Virus record (IMG/VR): IMGVR_UViG_3300044796_000657
Span: 310,001 to 374,000 of that record
Reading direction: 5' to 3' (one strand)
Length of the DNA stretch: 64,000 nucleotides
The notes under the pieces are model-generated. The model did no database searches. It was given only the letters and a program-made list of their open reading frames with translations, and was not told the DNA's origin. Each line of letters starts with the position of its first letter. The stretch's first letter is position 1. This document shows, piece after piece, positions 17,471-27,445 of the stretch. Both the position numbers and the translations under genes were made by a program.

Positions 17471-17874
17471 TATTTTCCTTGTGGGGTTGTTTGATCTTTT
17501 TCACGTTCAAAAAATGCTGAAAGTTGAGCCAATACTTCATCTCTAGAGATGATATGAACTTTCGGCAAATCTGTTTCTCCAAAAATCATTTGAAGTTGAA
17601 CGCCTTGTCCCATTTTGTTCAGGTTAATAGCAGTAAAGTGGGCTTCTTTAAGCCATCCCGGTGAATTGTCTTCATCATCCAAGTCTTTCATCTTAGCAAA
17701 CATTACACGACTGCCTTCATCACCACCGAAAACCGAGTCTTCGAAAGTAAAGAAAAATGAAAAGTTTCCACCATCCAACATTAACTTCAATTTATTTTTT
17801 TGAATAGAATCCAATGCCGCTTCTAGCAAAACGGAAAGATTCTTTCGGCCAAAAATTTCATCCATGTTGATCAT
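17470..17874 (-). CDS. Hypothetical late protein
   Basis: CTAAATA box 4 nt upstream (17879-17885). Confidence 0.65.
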   Translation of the reverse strand: MINMDEIFGRKNLSVLLEAALDSIQKNKLKLMLDGGNFSFFFTFEDSVFGGDEGSRVMFAKMKDLDDEDNSPGWLKEAHFTAINLNKMGQGVQLQMIFGETDLPKVHIISRDEVLAQLSAFFEREKDQTTPQGK

Positions 17875-18000
17875 GCTCTATTTAGCCCCTCATGTCACAA
17901 TCATTTCAGATTGATTGTCATTCTTGTTTCGTTATAATAACACCCAGAATAATAGAATTTTGACTATCTGAAATAGGCGAAGCTTTTAATTTACGGAGTA

Positions 18001-18600
18001 TTGATGTTAAAATATATTGGTTTTGGTGGACAATATCGTTCGGGAAAAGACGCTGCTTCTGATCATTTATATGCTCGTTTGAGTGGAAAATGGAAACGTG
18101 CCTCGTTGGGTCATGCCGTCAAAAAGATTTTCGCTGAACACTTTAACGTAAGTATGGAATTTATTGAGGAATGGAAAGTCAAAGAAGAAGTGCCGCCCGG
18201 ATTCAATTGCCCTTTGCGAGATGGGTTAATTAAAATTGGGGATGGCTGGCGGGACACCAAGGCTGATATTTGGATTAGAAAATTATTCGATAACAATAAA
18301 GATAATTTGATTATCTCAGATGTTCGTTATATTAATGAAGCTGAGCATGTTCGTAATAACAATGGTATTATGAATTTGGTTTGGCGACCGGGATATGAAA
18401 ACAAAAAACCATCACGATCAGAACAAGAATTGATGCAATTTGTCAAAAGGCTTCAAAAAGAGCCAAGCGGTCGTATTGATCATGAAAAATATCCTGACGT
18501 TCCTTTTGACTTCTGGTTAGTTAATGATGGAAATTATAGGGATTGGCTGGAAAAGGTTGATAACATCGTATTGCCATATGCTCTTAAAAGGTTAAGTTAA
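18001..18600 (+). CDS. Deoxynucleoside monophosphate kinase (T4 gp1-like)
   Basis: P-loop GQYRSGKD, LGHAVK, IISDVRYINE and NDG. Confidence 0.8.
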   Translation: MMLKYIGFGGQYRSGKDAASDHLYARLSGKWKRASLGHAVKKIFAEHFNVSMEFIEEWKVKEEVPPGFNCPLRDGLIKIGDGWRDTKADIWIRKLFDNNKDNLIISDVRYINEAEHVRNNNGIMNLVWRPGYENKKPSRSEQELMQFVKRLQKEPSGRIDHEKYPDVPFDFWLVNDGNYRDWLEKVDNIVLPYALKRLS

Positions 18601-19346
18601 TGCATTTCGTTATAAGAAACAAAGATTTTATTTTCACAGAAACCGTATTGCCGGGCGATGATGTTCTTACATCCAATGGCGGTAAGGTATTTCAAGATTA
18701 CATCCAAGAAACTAAAGTTTTATGTGGGCCTTACTCTGAATGTAAATTTCCACAAAGTTACTTCGGCAACATCCGACCTTGGGATTACGAGCGGATTTTA
18801 GAATACGGGGACTTCGCTGCCAATCAAAAGGTTTTAGAATGCGGTGGGCTTCATAGCTATTTCGCTATTGCCACTTCCCAAAAAGTTAATCATTACACTT
18901 GTACTGATAGTTTTTATTGGGCGACTCGTGACTATGCTCAAAATCCACAATTACAAAGTCCTCAAGAGTGGTGTAAGTATTTGATTGGTAAAGGTCGTGG
19001 CAAACTTCACGCCGAAGAAGCCGACTTGCAATCCATGAAGTATGCCAACGAACAATTTGATAGAGTTGTCTGTATCAGTGTGATTGAGCATGTACACGAA
19101 GATCGCAAGGGTATTCTGGAAATGATGAGGGTTCTTAAGCCGGGCGGTTTATTGCTTTTGACAACTGAATACAATCCCACTTGGTCTAAGCCTTACGCTG
19201 AAACAGACGGCAGTTATTATCGTGTATATGATCAAAGTGACTTGAGTAATCTTTTGGCTGGTCTTGATGTTGAAGTAATGCAAGCCCAAGGTGGGGATGT
19301 TCGTGACGGGCAATTTACTACTACGTTCATACGGATCAGAAAATGA
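18600..19346 (+). CDS. Class I SAM-dependent methyltransferase
   Basis: VLECGG, FDRVVCISVIEH and RVLKPGGLLLLT. Confidence 0.85.
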   Translation: MHFVIRNKDFIFTETVLPGDDVLTSNGGKVFQDYIQETKVLCGPYSECKFPQSYFGNIRPWDYERILEYGDFAANQKVLECGGLHSYFAIATSQKVNHYTCTDSFYWATRDYAQNPQLQSPQEWCKYLIGKGRGKLHAEEADLQSMKYANEQFDRVVCISVIEHVHEDRKGILEMMRVLKPGGLLLLTTEYNPTWSKPYAETDGSYYRVYDQSDLSNLLAGLDVEVMQAQGGDVRDGQFTTTFIRIRK

Positions 19347-20752
19347 ATGTATCTGACATCATTAATAAGTTCAAAATTCAAAATGCCAAAACGAGACTGA
19401 GAATAGCAGTTATTGGTGATACGCTCGTTGATGAATACCGTTACGGCCAAGTCAACCGGATTTCGCCCGAATTTCCCGTTCCGATATTAACTTCCGAGTC
19501 AGACGCCAAGGAATCTTGTCCCGGTGGCGCTGCGAATGTATGCCATCAAATGACACACATGAACGCCGAAGTCTTTCTCGTAGGCTTTGTGGACAATGTC
19601 ACACGTAAATTGTACGGTCAGCAAACCTTCAATATTGACTACTGCGTTGATTTGCCAAGCGGCTTTGTACCAATCAAAGTTCGATTTTATGAAGGCGACT
19701 TTCCTCTCCTGCGATGGGATATTGAAAGTCCTAACTATGGCGAAAAAGATTTAAGTGAATTGAGACGAAAAATTCTCATTAATTTTGAATCTCTCATCAA
19801 AGAGGGATTGAGTGCGGTCATTATTAGTGATTATAATAAAGGCATCTTTGACGAAGCTACCGCTCGTTCTCTCATGCAATTATGTACTTATTACCGCATT
19901 CCTACTATCGTTGATCCCAAGAAACCACCAGTGAGCAAATGGTTCGGGGCTACAGTCATTAAGCCAAATGCGGCTGAAGCCAAGACGCTAACTGGTGAAT
20001 CTACTATTTCATCTCAATTGAGTAAATTATGTGAAAATGCTCATACGAGTATGATCACCCAAGGCGGCGACGGTGTTATTTGCCAAATTGGAAAAGAAAT
20101 TTTTGAATACATGTCCCCCGTACCACGATCTAAGGAGGTGAACAGTGTTATCGGGGCGGGGGACTGTTTTATAGCAATGTTAACTCTTGGGATGTCGCAC
20201 GGTATGACAACTCAAGAAGCTGTAGCATTGGCATTTGAAGCCGGTGCTGTTTACGTTAAAGCAAGACATAATAAACCAATTCATCTTAATGAAATACTCG
20301 CAAGAGTTGATGTTGAAGGCTCTCGTATCGTCAAAGCCGAAGAGTTAAACTTTAACAAAAACGAACGTATTGTTTTCACAAATGGTTGTTTTGACGTTAT
20401 TCATGCTGGTCACTTGGATACTTTGAAATTTGCCAAATGTCAAGGTGATCGATTGATTGTCGGTGTTAATTCGGATGCTTCTGTCAAGCGACTTAAGGGT
20501 GATAAGCGACCCATTTATGGACAAGATGAACGTGCTAGATTTTTAGCGTCAATGTATTTCGTAGATCATGTTGTGATTTTTGATGAAGATACACCAGCCG
20601 AATTGATTAATAAAATTCAGCCACACATTGTTGTTAAGGGCGGCGATTACTCTATTACGGATGTTGTTGCCGGTAATGCCAAAGTTGTTTTGTCGCCTCT
20701 CAGAAAAGGATACTCTTCAACTAATACAATTAATAAACTATCTGACGACTAA
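19343..20752 (+). CDS. hldE: Bifunctional heptose-7-phosphate kinase / heptose-1-phosphate adenylyltransferase
   Basis: PfkB half: GDTLVDEY, RISPEFPVP, GGAANV, SDYNKG and GAGD. C-terminal half: FTNGCFDVIHAGH, GVNSD, EDTP and VKGGDY. Confidence 0.93.
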   Translation: MNVSDIINKFKIQNAKTRLRIAVIGDTLVDEYRYGQVNRISPEFPVPILTSESDAKESCPGGAANVCHQMTHMNAEVFLVGFVDNVTRKLYGQQTFNIDYCVDLPSGFVPIKVRFYEGDFPLLRWDIESPNYGEKDLSELRRKILINFESLIKEGLSAVIISDYNKGIFDEATARSLMQLCTYYRIPTIVDPKKPPVSKWFGATVIKPNAAEAKTLTGESTISSQLSKLCENAHTSMITQGGDGVICQIGKEIFEYMSPVPRSKEVNSVIGAGDCFIAMLTLGMSHGMTTQEAVALAFEAGAVYVKARHNKPIHLNEILARVDVEGSRIVKAEELNFNKNERIVFTNGCFDVIHAGHLDTLKFAKCQGDRLIVGVNSDASVKRLKGDKRPIYGQDERARFLASMYFVDHVVIFDEDTPAELINKIQPHIVVKGGDYSITDVVAGNAKVVLSPLRKGYSSTNTINKLSDD

Positions 20753-20759
20753 ATAAGGT

Positions 20760-21044
20760 ATGTTCAAAAAATTCAAAGAATTCGTTTCACTAAAAGAGGC
20801 AATGGCTCCTCAAATGGGCCAACCGGGTCAAATGACTCCACAGACGCCAAATCCTGCCGCTAAAATGAACGTTCAAAACACTTTGAAGCAGGCGATGAAT
20901 GTGCCGCCTCCGACTGGTATCAATCAATCAATATATAAGAACAAGTTGATGGCAGCTATGAAAATGTCTCAAACGAGCAATGTTCAAACACCTCAACAAG
21001 CGATAGATTTAGTTAATATTCAGCAGCGGGCGGCTCAGGCGTAA
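20760..21044 (+). CDS. Gln/Pro/Met-rich small protein with a capsid-targeting-like N-terminus
   Basis: N-terminus MFKKFKEFVSLKE; CTAAATA at 20749-20755. Confidence 0.65.
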   Translation: MFKKFKEFVSLKEAMAPQMGQPGQMTPQTPNPAAKMNVQNTLKQAMNVPPPTGINQSIYKNKLMAAMKMSQTSNVQTPQQAIDLVNIQQRAAQA

Positions 21045-21324
21045 ATCTCTCGGTTTCATCAATCCAATATTCTTTATCGTTCATCCATAAATGAACAATC
21101 CAATGACCTTTAGTAGAAAAATATTTGCGGTCGACTTTAATGTTTTCCGAATGTATACTACGATGACAATTACAGCACACGGTAATTACGTTACTTGAGT
21201 GGTAAGTTCCACCTTCAACAATACGGTGAGCATCAAGTAGCTTGTAATTGTGTTCATCACAAAGCAGACATTTCCCGTCTATTCTTTTTTTGATCTGTTG
21301 GCGAGAGTATTTTTTCTTTTTCAC
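21013..21324 (-). CDS. Small HNH endonuclease
   Basis: CLLC...DAHRI...NVITVCCNCHRSIH. Confidence 0.8.
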   Translation of the reverse strand: MKKKKYSRQQIKKRIDGKCLLCDEHNYKLLDAHRIVEGGTYHSSNVITVCCNCHRSIHSENIKVDRKYFSTKGHWIVHLWMNDKEYWIDETERFTPEPPAAEY

Positions 21325-21378
21325 TTATTAAGAGAGTGACCTTTCTATGATAATGTTGAAAATAACTCACAGGAATTA

Positions 21379-21675
21379 ATGATGATTAAAGTTACAGGTG
21401 TTAGAGCTTCTGGATATTCTTTCATTGTGGAATTACTTAACGAACAAGAACTTGCAGCCGGTCATTCCGTCTTGAGTATTCGTGATCGAGAAAGTAATCA
21501 CGGGATTATCAAGAGCGTCGGCCCACTCGTTCAAAAAGAAGCAGGTATTAAAGAAGGCGACATCGTTCTTCTCCAAAGTCAATTCGTACCGGTTCCAAAT
21601 CCAACGAATTCCAAGCGAAAGTGGGGTTCAGTTGAACTCCATGCGATCAAGGCAATCTTAACCACCGAGGAATAA
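21379..21675 (+). CDS. GroES-like co-chaperonin (functional analogue of T4 gp31)
   Basis: GIIKSVGP...IKEGDIVL...AIKAIL pattern, 98 aa. Confidence 0.7.
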   Translation: MMIKVTGVRASGYSFIVELLNEQELAAGHSVLSIRDRESNHGIIKSVGPLVQKEAGIKEGDIVLLQSQFVPVPNPTNSKRKWGSVELHAIKAILTTEE

Positions 21676-22025
21676 TGTCGCAAATTTTAGATTTAGTCGT
21701 CAGTCAAGTATCTGATGCCCTTCAAGTAGAAAAAGTTGATAAGAAAATCGCTGTTGATCCTATGATGATTGATGTAATCCTTCAAATCATTTTGGCAGCG
21801 ATTCAGGCTTATCAAAAGTGTCAGCAACCACCCGCACAAGTAGTAGCAGATTTGAAATCTCTTAATTTGATGCGAAGATGGCAACTAAGACGTTTGATTT
21901 TACAACATATTAATGATGGTGAAGTTTCACTCAAATTGGGATCGCAAGTATTCACCGCTATCTCAAAAGTAGGCGCAACACTTACCGAAGAAAGCGTCAA
22001 TAAGATGTTTTCAGAAGTTCATTGA
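21675..22025 (+). CDS. Hypothetical protein with an amphipathic/hydrophobic segment
   Basis: Segment IDVILQIILAAIQAY; translationally coupled to the GroES-like gene. Confidence 0.55.
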   Translation: MSQILDLVVSQVSDALQVEKVDKKIAVDPMMIDVILQIILAAIQAYQKCQQPPAQVVADLKSLNLMRRWQLRRLILQHINDGEVSLKLGSQVFTAISKVGATLTEESVNKMFSEVH

Positions 22026-22030
22026 AAAAC

Positions 22031-22056
22031 AAAAACCGGGCAAAGCCCGGTTTTTT
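22031..22056. terminator. Bidirectional terminator between convergent genes
   Basis: A5-CCGGGC-AAA-GCCCGG-T6. Confidence 0.8.
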
Positions 22057-22059
22057 ACT

Positions 22060-22500
22060 TTAACTACCACTATCGCTACTACTGTCCATATTCATATCAA
22101 ATGGCGGCGAATAAAAGTTCAACAATACCGTACCAGTCTTTGAAAGGTTGGTGAGTTGATGGATCGCCTCACCATCCAATCCTGAAATATCACCCTTGCG
22201 AAGATAATGCTGGTGATAGAATGACAACTCGCCCGGATCTTCTTCTTTATAAAGCGTTTCCAGCAACTTGCCATTAACTACACGGATCACACAATTGCTA
22301 CCTTGGTGATTGTGTACCGAACTTGTTTGGCCTTCTCGGAAGCAAATCAAAACGATTTCCATGTCGTCGTCACGAGAGATAGAAACTCTCGTATAAGGTT
22401 CGTCGCCGAAACTTACCGGCAAGTTCTTTAACTTGAATTGGTAATTATAGGCAAAATTGGTCAGGGCTGATAGGTCGTAACTCATGTTATTAAATAGCAA
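22060..22500 (-). CDS. Cysteine dioxygenase-like cupin
   Basis: YTRV, SSVHNHQGSNC, IHQL and FYSPPF; the start is probably 22485. Confidence 0.8.
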   Translation of the reverse strand: MLFNNMSYDLSALTNFAYNYQFKLKNLPVSFGDEPYTRVSISRDDDMEIVLICFREGQTSSVHNHQGSNCVIRVVNGKLLETLYKEEDPGELSFYHQHYLRKGDISGLDGEAIHQLTNLSKTGTVLLNFYSPPFDMNMDSSSDSGS

Positions 22501-24165
22501 TTACCAACCAAATTCCTGTAAAAGTTTATGATGTGGTCTTTGTGTGTCGAACATCATTCTTGGCAACAAGTCAACATCTGGATCTAGATTGGCCAACAAA
22601 TCGCCCGTTTCAATACCAGCTTCCAATTCTTTCCACAATGCCTTAACGTCGTCACCCGAAAAACTCTTGTGAATGATATTAGCATCAGGCGTAGCACCGA
22701 TTGGCATTTCCCGGTTCAAAACGTCAGAGATGTACAATGCTATACTGAGGCAAATCACCAAGTCGTCATGCTTGTTCTTTTGTGCTTCGGCTCTTTGCTT
22801 TTCTTGATTGTAAATGAATGTTAACAATTCCCGAATAATACGAACGCTTCGAATCTTGACAAGACGATTCAACATACACGTTTGTAATGCTTCCATACAA
22901 ACTGGACGCAATACTTTATTCATGTTAACGCCGGGACGATCTCTAGTTGCCCCTTGCGTAAAGTAAAGGTTGTCATAACTCAATGAGTGTTCAAGTCGTT
23001 CACAAACAGCTTGGCCCGGTCCCATTGAGTTTTCCACAATAATCAAAGCATTGTTATAAAGTTTTCCCACATGCGCCAAAACTTGACTGAACTTATATGT
23101 CGGAATTGTCTTGGAATAAAATTCAGCCACTTGCGTTAACGTGGAAATGTCCATGACAATAAAGGCGCAGTTATCGCCTTCTTGTCCAACACCCATAGCG
23201 GCATCGGCAGTAATGAGATATTCACGACCGGATTTAGGCATTTCCCAAACCCACATCGCACCGGGTTCGTATTTTGCATTCGGAAGTTCGTCTTCTTTGA
23301 AGCTTTCTTCGGGGATGATGTCCCATTCACCCATCATCTTTTTAATTGGATTAGAGCATTGTTTTTCAAATTCTTTGATAACTTCACCGGGAATGTAAGT
23401 ATCACCGGAGCCGAGGAATGAACCTTCGTATTCCTGTGCGAAGCCTTTTTCGCCGATGTTAGCTCGTGTTCGCTTTTCCCATTCGGCATTGTTATAGTCG
23501 GGGTGTTCATGCCAGTCAATATGTACAACAAAAAACTGACTTCTCTTGTCAATAGCCTTTTGGTATTGTTCGTAGTACCAACCACCGACGCCACCGATAC
23601 CGTTAACCGTGGAGATGATAATAGCATTACCACCGGTTGAGAGCGTAGGATACATGCTCTTCCAGTGTTCTTCCATACCTTGAACGAACGCCGCTTCATC
23701 GATAATTAGATAAGTTAAAGCACGGGAACGAGCAGCGGCAGGAGTATAGAACCACATAACCGAACGAGTTTCAGCAAACTCTTTTTCGTGGTCGTTATCG
23801 TTGTTCATTTCCGGACGAAGCCATTCCGGAAGTTCATTCTTGGCATTAGCTACCGTTTTACCTACAGCTTTAGCTTCACGGTCAGTTTTAGAAGCAATGA
23901 GAATACGCTGATCGGTGTAGAAAATGCACTTCCATAACATCCACATAGATGTTACAGTGGTCAGACCGGCTTGACGGAATTTCTTAACAATGCTAAACTG
24001 ATTAGATTCAAAGTCAGAGATAACTCGATTTTGGAAGTCGTATAGAACGAATGGTACCAAACCCTTTTTCGGGTGGGTAATCTGTAAGTACTTCTCAGAA
24101 AAGTACTTGAAACTATTTCGACATCTGATAAACTCTCTAAGTTGCTCGTCATTTAATTGGCCCAT
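22501..24165 (-). CDS. terL: Terminase large subunit (T4 gp17-like)
   Basis: Walker A region KFRQAGLTT, Walker B IIDEAAF, ISTVNG, QEYEGSF, nuclease motif ITAD and HDDLV. Confidence 0.95.
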   Translation of the reverse strand: MGQLNDEQLREFIRCRNSFKYFSEKYLQITHPKKGLVPFVLYDFQNRVISDFESNQFSIVKKFRQAGLTTVTSMWMLWKCIFYTDQRILIASKTDREAKAVGKTVANAKNELPEWLRPEMNNDNDHEKEFAETRSVMWFYTPAAARSRALTYLIIDEAAFVQGMEEHWKSMYPTLSTGGNAIIISTVNGIGGVGGWYYEQYQKAIDKRSQFFVVHIDWHEHPDYNNAEWEKRTRANIGEKGFAQEYEGSFLGSGDTYIPGEVIKEFEKQCSNPIKKMMGEWDIIPEESFKEDELPNAKYEPGAMWVWEMPKSGREYLITADAAMGVGQEGDNCAFIVMDISTLTQVAEFYSKTIPTYKFSQVLAHVGKLYNNALIIVENSMGPGQAVCERLEHSLSYDNLYFTQGATRDRPGVNMNKVLRPVCMEALQTCMLNRLVKIRSVRIIRELLTFIYNQEKQRAEAQKNKHDDLVICLSIALYISDVLNREMPIGATPDANIIHKSFSGDDVKALWKELEAGIETGDLLANLDPDVDLLPRMMFDTQRPHHKLLQEFGW

Positions 24166-24212
24166 GTTAAGTATGTAGTGGCTTCATTTGCTAAATTACC
24201 AAGGGTCTTACC

Positions 24213-24533
24213 ATGCGACGACGCCTTAGAAAACTCATTGTGTTTGTCATGGAAGCTGCCATGCTCGGAATGCTGGCATCGCAGATAGTTAATATCGGCT
24301 CAGGTGAAGCGACAATGTCTGTCATACTTGGCGACATATTGAGCTGTGTAGTATTGGCATTTTTCTTGTACCTATTTACTGTGTTTGAAGTGGCAGAATA
24401 CAAAGAGGTTTTCGCCTTATCATATTGGAGAAGAAAAGTTCGTTGGATTTGGCCTATAAAGCCAAAGGTTTATCCGCATAATATCAATGACATCGTTGCT
24501 GACGATTATCGTCGTCAATTAAATCGCAGATAA
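24213..24533 (+). CDS. Small membrane protein
   Basis: Two hydrophobic segments and a basic C-terminus. Confidence 0.55.
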   Translation: MRRRLRKLIVFVMEAAMLGMLASQIVNIGSGEATMSVILGDILSCVVLAFFLYLFTVFEVAEYKEVFALSYWRRKVRWIWPIKPKVYPHNINDIVADDYRRQLNRR

Positions 24534-24536
24534 AAA

Positions 24537-24938
24537 ATGTCCAAACCCGACAAGAAATGTACTTGGTGTACCCTAGAGCATCCGCTTTCACAAGGCAGAA
24601 TGCGAAATGGGGATTGGGTCTGTTACACATGCTTTCCCCAAGATGCCGGGTTTATAACCTGTGTACGTAAGTGCGATATTTGTGGAAACAAAGCAAATCA
24701 AGGAACGGTAGCAGGTAGAAATTTCTTTTGTGTTAATTGTAGTGGTCAACCACTTTACTCAAATCACAAACACACAAACGCCAAGAAAAAGAGCCGCAAA
24801 GGTTGGTATCAGCCTTCGCAACCCGAACCAGAAGTCTACAAAAAAGGCCGCAAAAACAAACAAGAATATCACGAACCACCAGTCAAAATTGAGCGGTGGA
24901 AAGTTCTGATTGAAGACATTACAACGGGCGAACTATAA
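24537..24938 (+). CDS. Zinc-finger protein
   Basis: Several CxxC pairs (CTWC, CYTC, CDIC, CVNC). Confidence 0.6.
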   Translation: MSKPDKKCTWCTLEHPLSQGRMRNGDWVCYTCFPQDAGFITCVRKCDICGNKANQGTVAGRNFFCVNCSGQPLYSNHKHTNAKKKSRKGWYQPSQPEPEVYKKGRKNKQEYHEPPVKIERWKVLIEDITTGEL

Positions 24939-24944
24939 GTTAAT

Positions 24945-25745
24945 ATGAAAAAAATTAGACCTGTTTTCAAAGTGCATGGCGGCAAGTATTACATAAGCGA
25001 TTTTGTTATCGCTCATTTCCCACAAAACTTTCACAAGTACGTAGAAGGTTGCGGCGGTGCTGCTTCTGTTCTACTGAATAAGCCTCAATCTCTCATTGAG
25101 GTTTATAATGATGCCGATCCTGCCATTGCCAACATATTTCATCACCTCAAAGAAAATCCCGAAGCATTTTTGGCTTTAATACAAGGTATTGAATACGCCG
25201 AAGCATCTTTTGATAATGCCAAAATCCATTGCCATGAACCGGGTTTGATTGGCGCAGTATCCGAATTAGTTGTACGACGTATGAGTCGTGGCGGATTGAG
25301 AAAAGCCTTTAGTTGGTCAGAACGACTACGAGGTGGAAGGCCCGGAGATTTGAATGCGTGGGAGACATACAAAGAACATTTGCCGTTAATTATTAATAGA
25401 CTTCATAATGTTCAAGTAGAAAACAAACCGGTAGCTGAGTTGATAGCAGCTCACGATGCTCCTGATACATTCTTCTATGTCGATCCGCCTTATCTGCCAT
25501 CAACCAGACAATCCAACAACGTTTATTCCGTGGAAATGACCGAAGAACAGCATATTGAATTACTCAAGATTGCTAACGACATACAAGGTAGGATACTCAT
25601 CAGTGGATACCCTTCACCACTGTATGAAAAATACTTAAAGGGATGGAAGATGAATTGTCGTCCTATTGCCAATCATTCTTCACAGTCAAAACAAAAAGAA
25701 AAAAGAATTGAAGTCTTGTGGATGAACTACAAATTGGAGAAATGA
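24945..25745 (+). CDS. dam: Dam-family DNA adenine methyltransferase
   Basis: GGKYY, YVEGCGGAASV, EVYND, DPPY, ISGY and EVLWMNY. Confidence 0.9.
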   Translation: MKKIRPVFKVHGGKYYISDFVIAHFPQNFHKYVEGCGGAASVLLNKPQSLIEVYNDADPAIANIFHHLKENPEAFLALIQGIEYAEASFDNAKIHCHEPGLIGAVSELVVRRMSRGGLRKAFSWSERLRGGRPGDLNAWETYKEHLPLIINRLHNVQVENKPVAELIAAHDAPDTFFYVDPPYLPSTRQSNNVYSVEMTEEQHIELLKIANDIQGRILISGYPSPLYEKYLKGWKMNCRPIANHSSQSKQKEKRIEVLWMNYKLEK

Positions 25746-26326
25746 TGAAAATAAATTTAGCAAAATTTGGCTTTGACAATGAAGTGGAAATCATTGGCAC
25801 TTTAGAAAAAGAACATTGTATTGATAATCAACCATTGGTCATTGTATTTGGCGAAAATCATAAGAATGAAATGATTCTCAAAAACGCCAAAGATGCTATT
25901 GCTTTTTGTGATTGTAATATAATTGGGTGTATTGGAACAGAGCCTCAGTTCAGTATTCTTTCACGTTATAATTTTGCTACCGAATTAAAAAAACTTCACC
26001 CGAAAATTAACCTCGTATGTGTTGAAGATGAAAACTTACTTAAAGAAACAGAAATCGTTCAACCGAAATATAATGATTATGAGTTTTGGGTCGGAGAAGG
26101 CAAGACGATTGAGCACCCTTTTCCAAAATATCCAAAAAGAAATCAACATCCTAATACCTTAAAACGAGAAAAGCGATTTTTGGAAATTCTTTTTGACCAT
26201 TGGGATAAAGAAAAAATAGCTATTTTAAATTTAGGAAGAGATCACGTTTTGCCTATTTTGGATGATCTTGTAATAAAAAAATGTAATTATATTTACATAA
26301 GACATGATGATGAAGATGGTTTATAA
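25718..26326 (+). CDS. Hypothetical protein
   Basis: 202-aa ORF with FGENH and GRDHV motifs that suggest a metal-binding site. Confidence 0.5.
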   Translation: MDELQIGEMMKINLAKFGFDNEVEIIGTLEKEHCIDNQPLVIVFGENHKNEMILKNAKDAIAFCDCNIIGCIGTEPQFSILSRYNFATELKKLHPKINLVCVEDENLLKETEIVQPKYNDYEFWVGEGKTIEHPFPKYPKRNQHPNTLKREKRFLEILFDHWDKEKIAILNLGRDHVLPILDDLVIKKCNYIYIRHDDEDGL

Positions 26327-27187
26327 AAATAATTTTCTCTTTGAGTTGTGTTTGCGTCTTACAGCCAATTCCGTACGCACCAAACTAGCGGGGTCTTTGA
26401 GCGGGTGAACTATGGAGGCTTCGGGATAAATCTCCCCGGAGGCGATGTCTGGTGCGTTGCGAATGGGGTATTTGCGGAACTTCCCCCGCCAAGTATCATG
26501 ATCTTTTCCGGCATAATAAACTTTAGAGTCTGTTCGGGTAGATTGGTGGTCACTTTGATCGCCATATTTCCAACAAGAAAGTTCGTAGAGGTTGCCGCCT
26601 AGACTGGTTGCCAGAGTAGGCCATAGTTCCTCTTCAAATGCCCATCGGTTGTATCCGGGGAATTTGCCCTTTTCGTAATCTTTGGTTGCTTCTAGGAACT
26701 TGTCGAAAAAGTTAATTTCAGCCAATTTGCGAACGAATGAACCCCTGTGAAAATGGCAACAACCTAAGAAGTAATAAGAGAATTTAGGAATTGGCAAGTT
26801 GATGATGTTGAACAGTTCGGGAAATTCAAAGGTAAATCGACGGAGATCAACGCCGACAAGCCAAGCGTTTCGTTCTTCTGCCGATTTGAGTTCTTCTTTG
26901 AATTTGTCAGAAACAAAAACGCAGTCGTATTCTGTGTAGAGGTACCAATCAGAGTCCGGCCATCGTTCGTATAATCGTTTGAGTCCAAGTGCGTAGTTTC
27001 TATATGGACTTCTTTTGTGTGCGTGGTAAAAGCCTTTTTCGGCATTGGGAAAATTTTGAAATTGATCCCAACCCGCTGCGTCCACAAGAGTCATAACACG
27101 ATCACCCGTAAATTCACGGATTGAATTAACGGTATCCTTAGTTAATTTAGGATATGCATGAGTCAGAACTACGCTGGATATTTTCAT
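26321..27187 (-). CDS. Putative GT-A-fold glycosyltransferase
   Basis: LVDAAG, RSPYRNYALGL, the DxD-like YTEYDC, and HPLK near the C-terminus. Confidence 0.55.
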   Translation of the reverse strand: MKISSVVLTHAYPKLTKDTVNSIREFTGDRVMTLVDAAGWDQFQNFPNAEKGFYHAHKRSPYRNYALGLKRLYERWPDSDWYLYTEYDCVFVSDKFKEELKSAEERNAWLVGVDLRRFTFEFPELFNIINLPIPKFSYYFLGCCHFHRGSFVRKLAEINFFDKFLEATKDYEKGKFPGYNRWAFEEELWPTLATSLGGNLYELSCWKYGDQSDHQSTRTDSKVYYAGKDHDTWRGKFRKYPIRNAPDIASGEIYPEASIVHPLKDPASLVRTELAVRRKHNSKRKLFL

Positions 27188-27420
27188 TTAGTTGTCGAGT
27201 CAGTGACGCCTTCCCAAATGAGTTTACCGCCCGGCGTTGAACACAACGGATTATGACAGCGGTACTCCCAAGGTCCGTAGCCTCCGGCCCAAAACATGGC
27301 ACCTTCCCATTGCTTGCCGCATTCGTAGCACAATGGCCATACTTTGCCTTGATTCGGCTGTTGGACACCTGTATAATCGACGTAAAAGTAACAGCAATCA
27401 TTCATTTTGGAACTTCCCAT
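27184..27420 (-). CDS. Small Cys-rich (zinc-ribbon-like) protein
   Basis: CYEC and CHNPLC; coupled to the downstream gene. Confidence 0.55.
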   Translation of the reverse strand: MGSSKMNDCCYFYVDYTGVQQPNQGKVWPLCYECGKQWEGAMFWAGGYGPWEYRCHNPLCSTPGGKLIWEGVTDSTTK

Positions 27421-27445
27421 TATGGTCTAACTACATAAAGTAGTT

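Noticed and set aside
20330-20752. HldE C-terminal nucleotidyltransferase domain as the missing NadD of the NAD pathway
   Set aside because: FTNGCFDxxHxGH, EDTP and KGGDY are RfaE-type motifs, and the domain is fused to a heptose kinase.
22501-24165. Intein or intron in the terminase (a common insertion site)
   Set aside because: Length and motif spacing fit an uninterrupted gp17-like protein, with no intein splice motifs.
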